Of a stretch of DNA of 64,000 nt, positions 57,515-64,000 are shown in pieces. The position numbers and the translations under genes are program-made. This DNA is from an uncultured Methanosarcinales archaeon (GTDB lineage Archaea > Nanobdellota > Nanobdellia > Woesearchaeales > GW2011-AR9). The notes beneath the pieces are model-generated. The model did not search any database. It saw nothing but the letters and a program-made list of their open reading frames with translations, and was not told the DNA's origin. The first letter of the stretch is position 1, and every line of letters begins with the position of its first letter. The stretch spans positions 320,001-384,000 of the forward strand of contig CAYFMJ010000001.1 in assembly GCA_964344235.1 (NCBI GenBank). Direction: 5' to 3'.

Positions 57515-58276
57515 TTACTTGAAAGGTTTACTTTGTTTCCAGAACCATTCAAAATAATTTCTAAAAGAATCAGCAACTTGTTGACTTGTTATTTCAAAGG
57601 CAAAGGGCATTTCACCCTGAGGGATTGCAATGAGAACCACATCTTTGTAGATCATTACCCAAGAGGGAGATTCAATATTGAGGGGCATTCTTCTGGCTTC
57701 GCAATATTTGTAACTATTTCTGTTCTTTAAGTTTTCATTAGTTACATCAGGATGATAAAGCATTCTGCATTTGATTTTTTCTTTTGCCAAAATCTGATGG
57801 TGCTTTTTCCAATACGCATGATGAAAGCCCGGTTGTTGCGGAGGCAACCCGTACAAAACAACCTCATCTCCCTGTTTCAATTTTTGATAGCGGTTTTCGT
57901 AAGCAGTCATTAATCCTCTAAATCCCTCATACATATTAGCCTCACTTTTTTTGGCTAACTTTTGTTTAAGGATTAACTGGGGAATCATCTCTTGGATTTT
58001 CGCTTTATTTTGTTGAATCTCTTTTTCTCTAGTTTCAACATAATCCAAGAGTGTATTTGGCGGTGCTGCTTGGTAATACTTAGTTTTTTCTTTGGTCACA
58101 TAGGAAACAAGCCCTTTCTTGATTAGTTTTTCAAGAATCCTATAGATGATTGATCTATTTACTCCAGATTTTTCAAGAATAGGGCCGATTGTTGACGAAC
58201 CAAGCTCTAGCAAAGCCAAGTAAGTTCTTGTTTCACCATCAGTTAATCCTGCTTCTTGAAGGGCTGAAATGTCCAT
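57515..58276 (-). CDS. TrmB-family transcriptional regulator
   Basis: LQEAGLTDGETRTYLALLELG, winged HTH (SGVNRSIIYRILEKLIKKGLV), and a C-terminal effector domain ending FEWFW. Confidence 0.9.
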   Translation of the reverse strand: MDISALQEAGLTDGETRTYLALLELGSSTIGPILEKSGVNRSIIYRILEKLIKKGLVSYVTKEKTKYYQAAPPNTLLDYVETREKEIQQNKAKIQEMIPQLILKQKLAKKSEANMYEGFRGLMTAYENRYQKLKQGDEVVLYGLPPQQPGFHHAYWKKHHQILAKEKIKCRMLYHPDVTNENLKNRNSYKYCEARRMPLNIESPSWVMIYKDVVLIAIPQGEMPFAFEITSQQVADSFRNYFEWFWKQSKPFK

Positions 58277-58395
58277 GCTTTGTTTATGATTGGTTGTTTT
58301 ATTTAAATCTTTCTAATTAGCATACTAGTGGTGGTATGATAAAATTATTAAAGAAAGTAGTTGCTACTGTTAAATAAATAACTTAGGAATTAAAA

Positions 58396-58845
58396 ATGAC
58401 AGAAGAAAATAATGGGCTTGACGAGAGATTACTAACACAAGTACAGGCAATTAGCAGATTAGTAATTCCAGGTGTACAAACTGAATTTTGCAGGGGGGTT
58501 CCAAAGGAAGGCAGTACTAATGAATTTAGTCCAAGCACTAACATTCTTATTGAAAACTGTCTGGGTAGAACTGTTTTTGCATCATATATCCACACTCCGT
58601 ATGGTAAGAATCAATTTAGGATGTGGTTAGACAATCGTCCAAAAATGTTGGTACCCGCTAGAGATCATTACGATCGTGGAGGCAGTTCAAGAGAAGGCAG
58701 CCACTGGTTTTTTGAAGCTACTGGACTAACCGAACCAGTACAATCAATAAGAGATCTGTTGACGGATGGTTGGGAGAAAAAAGATGAATACAGCCATAGG
58801 GCAACTGCTATTCTTTACGCAAAAGGCGGGTTTTCGGATGAATAA
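58396..58845 (+). CDS. Hypothetical protein
   Basis: 149-aa ORF with AGGA SD and an upstream AT box. Confidence 0.6.
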   Translation: MTEENNGLDERLLTQVQAISRLVIPGVQTEFCRGVPKEGSTNEFSPSTNILIENCLGRTVFASYIHTPYGKNQFRMWLDNRPKMLVPARDHYDRGGSSREGSHWFFEATGLTEPVQSIRDLLTDGWEKKDEYSHRATAILYAKGGFSDE

Positions 58846-58872
58846 TCAAGATGAAACTAGGAGCTAAATAAA

Positions 58873-59415
58873 ATGGCAAAAATTGAAAGCATTGAAAGAA
58901 TACTTGTTGTTGAGGATACTGAACAACATATTCAGGCAGCTAGAGAACAACTTGGTGAGTATGAACTTACAATGGTGGGAGATTTCGAAAGATTCCTCGA
59001 CGCAGTGAAAGGTACTTGTTTTGACGCGCCGAATAATAGAATGAAGCGTAATTATAACTTTCCTGAAGATCCAAAATTTGATGCTGTACTTAGCGATATG
59101 AATTTTCCTATGAATGTAAAAGACTTGTACAGTGGTTACAATTCCCCTGGTGTTTTAGGATATGCAGTAGGGATGATCTGTTCACAAGCATCAATTCCAT
59201 TAGTAGGAATTGTGTCTGCAACAAACCACCATGAAGGATCTGTTGCAGGAAGTCTAATGTACTTGAAAGCAACAAGACACGCTGATAGAATTTTTCAAGT
59301 AGGAGATACACGAATAATGTATTTTGATGATGACTCTTTTGGCACAAGGGATCAACCTAAGAGATGGGATAAAGCATTAGAATGTTTAAATGCAGGAACC
59401 AGAAATATTGATTAG
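58873..59415 (+). CDS. Stand-alone response-regulator receiver-like protein
   Basis: ILVVED acidic pocket, DAVLSDMNFP phosphoacceptor region, VSAT; GGAG SD. Confidence 0.65.
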   Translation: MAKIESIERILVVEDTEQHIQAAREQLGEYELTMVGDFERFLDAVKGTCFDAPNNRMKRNYNFPEDPKFDAVLSDMNFPMNVKDLYSGYNSPGVLGYAVGMICSQASIPLVGIVSATNHHEGSVAGSLMYLKATRHADRIFQVGDTRIMYFDDDSFGTRDQPKRWDKALECLNAGTRNID

Positions 59416-59561
59416 AAATTGTCCCCCCTCTTTTTTTTGTTTTTAGGAACTCCCCCGTTAAAGTTTTAGTGTTAATCATAGTTTTAGTTCTTAGAAAGGC
59501 GCCAGTTAAGATTGTTTAATTTAGCGTTAGCGTAGTATCCAAAATAGGTAGTTCAAAAATT

Positions 59562-59618
59562 GGGCATATACGATGTTATGTGCCCCCGACTTCACGTCGG
59601 GGTGCGTAACGACCGAAG
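59562..59618 (+). repeat. Junction element copy b
   Basis: GGGCATATACGATGTTATGTGCCC hairpin, CCCCGAC-ttcac-GTCGGGG hairpin, GTGCGTAACGACCGAAG. Confidence 0.75.
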
Positions 59619-59693
59619 GGAGTGGAGCAAGTATTTGAGTTGCGTCATAGAAAGGGGCTTGGCATAGTTTTGGTTTTTAGAGGGGCTTAAGTT

Positions 59694-60029
59694 TTACTTT
59701 TTGAAAATGTTTACTAAAGAATCCTGAATCTCTTTGATTTTGTTTTCTTTCAAAGTGCCAATTTTTGAAGAAATGATTGAAACATCGGCAGTGAAAAGCT
59801 TGTTTGGTCTTACAAGACTTGATACTGTCAATTTTCCAGTTTGAAAATTTTCTGTTTCAAGAGGAACTGCATATTCATCGCTACGAGCAGAAGCAGTTGT
59901 TATCTGTGCAAGAATTAAATCGTCACCTGTGAGATTTGCCACCACTACTGCTGGTCGTTTCCGTGATGAACTTAGATCAGAGAAAGGAAAAAGAAGAACA
60001 ACGACATCTCCTCTTACAAGTGTTTCCAT
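59694..60029 (-). CDS. mazF: PemK/MazF-family toxin
   Basis: RGDVVVLLFPFSDLSSSRKRPAVVV, LAQITT and SLVRPNKLFT motifs. Confidence 0.9.
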   Translation of the reverse strand: METLVRGDVVVLLFPFSDLSSSRKRPAVVVANLTGDDLILAQITTASARSDEYAVPLETENFQTGKLTVSSLVRPNKLFTADVSIISSKIGTLKENKIKEIQDSLVNIFKK

Positions 60030-60271
60030 GCTTCATCCTCCTCTTTAGTAAGCCAATCTTTTGCTAAAGATTTTTCACTGGCTAAAGCTGGAAACATTTT
60101 TTCATTGAATTGTTTTAACGGTCGTAGTTCTACTTTATTATCAAAGGCTAAAATTGCTACTTTTGTTCCCTCTTTGAATCCCTCAAGTTTTCTAATGTTT
60201 TTTGGGATAGCAATTTGACCTTTCTCTGTTACAGTTGCAGTTCTCATTTCGATTAATGGCATTTTGATCAC
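60014..60271 (-). CDS. mazE: AbrB/MazE/SpoVT-family antitoxin
   Basis: TVTEKGQIAIPKNIR swapped-hairpin; C-terminal ASEKSLAKDWLTKEEDEAWKHL; overlaps the toxin start. Confidence 0.88.
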   Translation of the reverse strand: MIKMPLIEMRTATVTEKGQIAIPKNIRKLEGFKEGTKVAILAFDNKVELRPLKQFNEKMFPALASEKSLAKDWLTKEEDEAWKHL

Positions 60272-60424
60272 CTACTTAGTAATTCTTACAAGTAGGATAA
60301 GTAAGAAATATATAAATTTTTCTGTATTTATGTTGTTACTAAATGATGAATAAATCAAGGAAAGATTTATAAATGATTAGCCGTTTCTAAGACTATAATC
60401 ATTAAAATCAAGAGGTCAATAAAA

Positions 60425-60727
60425 ATGTCAGAAAATAAATTAGTATTTGCTCGTGCATATTGGATGAATAGTCCATTTGAAGAAGGACAAGCAGGATTCT
60501 TTGTAGGAGATCCAAGTAATCCATCTAAAGGATCATATGAAGGTAACAATAATTTAAGGTTTGCTGTTGCTAAAGTTGCTGAAAGAAGTTCTGAATTATC
60601 TACAACTGTTGATACAGAATTTGAAGGTCTAGCAAGAGATGGCAAAATGACTTTATTGTTGCAACCAATTGAGCAAGATACTGCTAAATACAAAAGTGTT
60701 GATGAATTAGCACGCATGTATCTTTAA
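60425..60727 (+). CDS. Hypothetical protein
   Basis: 100-aa AT-rich ORF with GAGGT SD. Confidence 0.6.
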   Translation: MSENKLVFARAYWMNSPFEEGQAGFFVGDPSNPSKGSYEGNNNLRFAVAKVAERSSELSTTVDTEFEGLARDGKMTLLLQPIEQDTAKYKSVDELARMYL

Positions 60728-60878
60728 AATTATTTTTTCTTTTTAACTTAAGCCCCTCTTTTTCTTTTTACATTTTAGTTTTTAACATAGAGCCAAGCCC
60801 CATCAATAATAGAATTTCTGCATTCAGTTTATAGTCAGTAAACAGAAGCAGAGTAAACATCAAGCAACTCAAATATTG

Positions 60879-60937
60879 CACATAACGATGTTATGTTGTG
60901 GGAGGTTCATCCTCCCAGCCGAGCGTTAGCGAGGAAG
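60879..60937 (+). repeat. Junction element copy c
   Basis: ACATAAC-gat-GTTATGT hairpin, TGGGAGG-ttcat-CCTCCCA hairpin, GAGCGTTAGCGAGGAAG. Confidence 0.75.
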
Positions 60938-61619
60938 TTTAGAAATCAGGAACAAGCTTTACCCCCGCCATTGTAGAATTTCACTGCCATACTCATCTTT
61001 TACTATTTTTTAGTAATATTTTTAAAGAAAGAGGTTTCTCATACTATTTATGCAACAATTACTAACATACAGAGAATTTCCATTTGATCATTCATTATTT
61101 TTGGATAAAGGTATTAATGCAGGAGATTTGCATGTTACTCTTTATGATGAAATGGGTTGTACTCAAGATGGTGACCAAAAGTTAAGTGAAGTAAATAGAA
61201 GAGTTCATAATGCTGCTGTAAGAAGTTTAGTTGGTAAATTTGCTGGTGATTTAGGACAAAGAGTTTCTTTTGGTGTTTCTAGATTTTTAAAAAAAAGTAA
61301 ACGTGCTAGTCCTGATTATTCATTAAGTGAAGTTGCAGATGTTCTTGTTGGAGCAGGAGCGTATGAATCAAGAGAAGCAGCATTAGAACATTTACCTGAA
61401 TTTTTAGGAACCTCTTTAAGGACTGATGGAAAACGAAAATATGCTAACTCAATGTGGACGGGAGTACAAACTAGTTTAGATATTGAAGTAAAAGATGAGT
61501 GGCATTGGTTTGGAAGAATAGATTCTGATAGTGGTGAACAGAAGGTATATTTACATAAGCAAAAATAATTTTATGGTGGGGGTTATTCAAGTTCTACGTC
61601 CTAATTCCTGATCTCTAAA
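60938..61619. mobile_element. Module 3: single ORF enclosed by two nested inverted-repeat blocks
   Basis: 60938-952/61605-619 (14 of 15 match) and 60961-971/61573-583 (10 of 11 match). Confidence 0.45.
61050..61568 (+). CDS. Hypothetical protein
   Basis: 172-aa AT-rich ORF; no recognisable family. Confidence 0.65.
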   Translation: MQQLLTYREFPFDHSLFLDKGINAGDLHVTLYDEMGCTQDGDQKLSEVNRRVHNAAVRSLVGKFAGDLGQRVSFGVSRFLKKSKRASPDYSLSEVADVLVGAGAYESREAALEHLPEFLGTSLRTDGKRKYANSMWTGVQTSLDIEVKDEWHWFGRIDSDSGEQKVYLHKQK

Positions 61620-61809
61620 TTCAACATACGGACTACTTAAGTGCACTTTGGGCTTAAGTAGTGAAATTCTTTGAATTCAAAGCCTCTACTCAATCCCATA
61701 ACGCAAAAAACTGTTACTACTTTGCATGGAAATGTCTCACTACCCACTCGACAACCACGGGTAGAGTATATAAACGAGTTTCTTCACTAAGAATGTCGAG
61801 GTGATAGAA

Positions 61810-61935
61810 ATGAAAATGAAATTATTTCGGCGCGGTAAGTTGGTTGGTTTAGTGACTCCTAGTTTTTATATGGGGGAAGTGGAAAAAGAACGATTGATTT
61901 GGGATGATATTGATTTACCGTATCTTGAGGCGTGA
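61810..61935 (+). CDS. Small hypothetical protein (41 aa)
   Basis: Hand-translated MKMKLFRRGKLVGLVTPSFYMGEVEKERLIWDDIDLPYLEA. GAGGTGA SD at 61798-61804 and TATATAAA at 61767-61774. Confidence 0.5.
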   Translation: MKMKLFRRGKLVGLVTPSFYMGEVEKERLIWDDIDLPYLEA

Positions 61936-61972
61936 GTAAGATTTATAACCTCTTATTCTTTTCTTTTTATTG

Positions 61973-62536
61973 ATGAAAAAGAAGGTGACGAAGAGAACAG
62001 TTCGTAGGAAAGTTGTGAAGCGTAAGCCTGCTGCAAAAAGAGCTACGAGAAGAAAGAAAGTTGTTAGGAAACCGGTTCGGAAAAAGACAGTGAAGCGATC
62101 TGTTAAAAGAAAGCCCGTAAAGAAGAGAGCTGTGAAACGAAAAGTTCTTCACAAAAAACCGCCACAGAAAAGACGTGCGAGAGGATATATTCCGTTCGAT
62201 GTTCTTGTCGATAAATTACAGCATTCTAAGAAGAAACAGAGTGTGCTTGATGTGACTGATTATTCTAAAGCCGTGAAGACTGTAAAGATGAAAGAATCGA
62301 AGGATTACATCCCAGTTTCACAGTTAGCAAAGCGGTTTGAGAAGAAACGAACACCAGAGTCGTATCGAAAGGAAATTAAGAAAAAGATGCGGAAAGGTTT
62401 ATTGCATCGGATTAAAGATAAAGTGAAAAGAAAGAAGCCAGTTAAACGGCGAGTTGTGAAAAAGAAGAAAACTGTTTCCAAAAGAAAATCTGTTAAGGGA
62501 AAAGTAACGAAGAAAAAACCACGTAAGAAAAGATAA
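61973..62536 (+). CDS. Lys/Arg-rich basic protein (histone H1/HC2-like low-complexity tails)
   Basis: K/R/V repeats (KRxVxRK) at both ends; central repeated YIP(F/V) segments. Confidence 0.6.
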   Translation: MKKKVTKRTVRRKVVKRKPAAKRATRRKKVVRKPVRKKTVKRSVKRKPVKKRAVKRKVLHKKPPQKRRARGYIPFDVLVDKLQHSKKKQSVLDVTDYSKAVKTVKMKESKDYIPVSQLAKRFEKKRTPESYRKEIKKKMRKGLLHRIKDKVKRKKPVKRRVVKKKKTVSKRKSVKGKVTKKKPRKKR

Positions 62537-62682
62537 TGCTCCCGCGAGGACTTTCATTCACGTTTGTGATTTTGAACCCCGGATTTCTAGGTCCGCAACC
62601 TAGCGTCCTATTTGCACTCTTTGAGAGATCCATGCTAGACGATGGGAGCACTAACGGTTCGAGAAGGAGTTATTTTAAAAAT

Positions 62683-63468
62683 TTATTGGCGCTTCGCAAT
62701 ATCGGCCCCACCAGCAGGTAAGAATTTAATGATATCATTTAAGTCTCCACCTTTCAATTTTGCTTTAATCTTTTTTGCTAATGCGGATTTTTTATTTCTT
62801 CCTGGAATGACAACGATGTAATTCTTTGTTTTTGTTTTAATTGCATTTAGCGGTCCTCCAATAATTTCTTCGTTTAATAGACCAATAGTGTATTGGGCTT
62901 TTGGGTGGAAGTATTGCGTTTTTCCATACACCATGAATGCGCCTTTAGGAAGATTTTCTCCGGCTTGCGCTTCTTTCGTCACCTGTTCTGGTTTTACATA
63001 GAAAACGTCCGCAGTGGTATGGCCGAGTTTCCATGCTCTTGAATATGCTGCAACAGCTTGCGCGGCTTCCTGAATTGTTGTTTCAGTTGCTGCTTGTCCG
63101 TTTTTGATAATGAAGAAGGGGGAACCTGCCATGTCGGTGTGTAGGACTAGGTCGTCTTTCTCCATATGTTTTTTTACGATGATTTCGTTTGATGTTGCGT
63201 CTTTTCCTCCAATACAAAGAAAATCTTCAGAAGAGATAAACCAATGAAATTTTTCATACCACTCTTGTTTTCTCTGACGCTTCGCTTCCTTCTTCTCTTC
63301 CTCTTCCCAGAAAGTTGATTCTTGCTGTTTGAGAGTTTTAAGCTTATGTTGGCTGTCTCGCAGTGCTTTCTGTGCTCCTTCAAGTTTCTTTCTCGCTTTT
63401 TTTGCAAGGTTGAAGTATGTGCCAGCATTTTCATCTACTGATTTTGTGAGGTCGAATTCTATTTGCAT
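62683..63468 (-). CDS. NFACT-R (DUF814) domain protein, Rqc2/NEMF C-terminal-like
   Basis: ENAGTYFNLAKK, WYEKFHWFISS, GGKDATSNE, HTDMAGSPF and YSRAWK motifs. Start set at MQIEFD. Confidence 0.9.
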   Translation of the reverse strand: MQIEFDLTKSVDENAGTYFNLAKKARKKLEGAQKALRDSQHKLKTLKQQESTFWEEEEKKEAKRQRKQEWYEKFHWFISSEDFLCIGGKDATSNEIIVKKHMEKDDLVLHTDMAGSPFFIIKNGQAATETTIQEAAQAVAAYSRAWKLGHTTADVFYVKPEQVTKEAQAGENLPKGAFMVYGKTQYFHPKAQYTIGLLNEEIIGGPLNAIKTKTKNYIVVIPGRNKKSALAKKIKAKLKGGDLNDIIKFLPAGGADIAKRQ

Positions 63469-63519
63469 GGGTGTAGGAAGAAGGGAATGCTTATAAAAAT
63501 AGTGCTGAATGACTCGTAG

Positions 63520-63831
63520 ATGGAGAAACTGGCTTTCCCAAAACCGCAAATTCATGTATTTGTTTGTGTTAACGATAGGTCTCATAAGTTGGGTGGTGCG
63601 ACGCCAAGTTGTGGACCAACTGTCACTGCAGAAATGGTGCGAGAGGTTAAGCAATGGGTGTTATCCCAAGGTCTGGTGGGAAAAGTGTACGTGACGAAAG
63701 CAAGCTGTTTAGGGTTTTGTAATCCAGATGGAGGAGTGGCGGTGGTCTATCCTTCTGGTGATTTTTTTAAGGGTATTAGAAGTGTTGATGATTTGAAGAA
63801 GATAATTATGAAGGGTCTTAACAATTTCTAA
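63520..63831 (+). CDS. Thioredoxin-like [2Fe-2S] ferredoxin
   Basis: HVFVCVN...SC...KASCLGFC...AVVYP motif. Confidence 0.88.
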   Translation: MEKLAFPKPQIHVFVCVNDRSHKLGGATPSCGPTVTAEMVREVKQWVLSQGLVGKVYVTKASCLGFCNPDGGVAVVYPSGDFFKGIRSVDDLKKIIMKGLNNF

Positions 63832-63976
63832 TGTTTTCGAGAATGAGGGATTTTTCGGTACAAATTTGTTCTGCATCAAAGAGAATAACTTTAGGTGTGA
63901 TTTTGACTTGACGGATCGCTCCTGAGACGGCAGCGTTGTAGTTTACTTGACCGAGATATGTTCCTGCTTTAGTCAT
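63818..63976 (-). CDS. Small hypothetical protein (52 aa)
   Basis: Hand-translated MTKAGTYLGQVNYNAAVSGAIRQVKITPKVILFDAEQICTEKSLILENIRNC; converges on the ferredoxin. Confidence 0.35.
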   Translation of the reverse strand: MTKAGTYLGQVNYNAAVSGAIRQVKITPKVILFDAEQICTEKSLILENIRNC

Positions 63977-64000
63977 TTTAGCATTATTTAATTCGAAAGT

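Larger units (their letters stand above)
57394..59559. mobile_element. Module 1: three genes enclosed by five nested inverted-repeat blocks
   Basis: Left blocks 57394-406, 57417-425, 57426-435, 57466-476, 57500-512 are exact reverse complements of 59547-559, 59498-506, 59468-477, 59446-456, 59416-428. Mobility itself is inferred. Confidence 0.6.
59632..60875. mobile_element. Module 2: toxin-antitoxin pair plus ORF enclosed by three nested inverted-repeat blocks
   Basis: 59632-643/60864-875 (12 bp), 59654-663/60792-801 (10 bp), 59679-693/60745-759 (15 bp), all exact. Mobility itself is inferred. Confidence 0.6.

Noticed and set aside
57436-60790. CRISPR array or iterons
   Set aside because: No constant-length repeat-spacer periodicity and no cas or rep genes.
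57341-61700. Calling the region a classical integron or CALIN
   Set aside because: No IntI in the window. The junctions lack the full R''-L''...L'-R' attC stem, and cargo genes point in both directions. Kept only as attC-like.
57341-61700. IS, MITE or composite transposon
   Set aside because: No transposase, no single shared terminal repeat, and no target-site duplication recognised.
54966-61700. Diversity-generating retroelement TR/VR pair
   Set aside because: No reverse transcriptase. The repeats are short non-coding blocks without adenine-specific mismatches.
62536-62721. 61-aa ORF after the basic protein
   Set aside because: It overlaps the end of the NFACT gene on the opposite strand and has no recognisable features; coding status is unsupported.
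554-63694. The many other short ORFs of 60-180 aa overlapping called genes
   Set aside because: They are antisense or alternate-frame shadows of well-supported CDSs, with no motifs.
1-64000. rRNA, SRP RNA, RNase P RNA or additional tRNAs
   Set aside because: No conserved signatures seen by eye; an Infernal/tRNAscan run would be decisive.

Overview
This 64 kb window is archaeal, most likely DPANN (Woesearchaeota-like). That is inferred from archaeal uS2, aMBF1, RadB, AglH, an S-layer protein, TATA/BRE promoters and tight operons. Bases 1-37.7 kb are a large surface-glycan locus: GT2, GT4 and GT-C glycosyltransferases, a flippase, a NeuA-like CMP-sugar synthetase, and an AsnB/FemAB/deacetylase trio. 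The locus also holds a phosphonate module: a cytidylyltransferase-PEP mutase fusion, a phosphonoacetaldehyde reductase, a LicC/PntC-like nucleotidyltransferase and a cobalamin-dependent radical SAM enzyme. No phosphonopyruvate decarboxylase is present in the window. Bases 37.8-57.3 kb carry housekeeping and lineage-type genes, the S-layer gene with a long structured leader, and a tRNA-Val(GAC) with a 13-nt non-canonical T-loop intron. The most unusual DNA is 57.3-61.7 kb: three consecutive cargo modules, each enclosed by several short inverted-repeat blocks in nested order. The modules are separated by directly repeated ~50-bp hairpin junctions with attC/REP-like character; a probable fourth junction lies at 16.7 kb. 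No integrase, transposase, reverse transcriptase, CRISPR array or rRNA was seen. All family calls come from motif reading and recall; no database searches were run.
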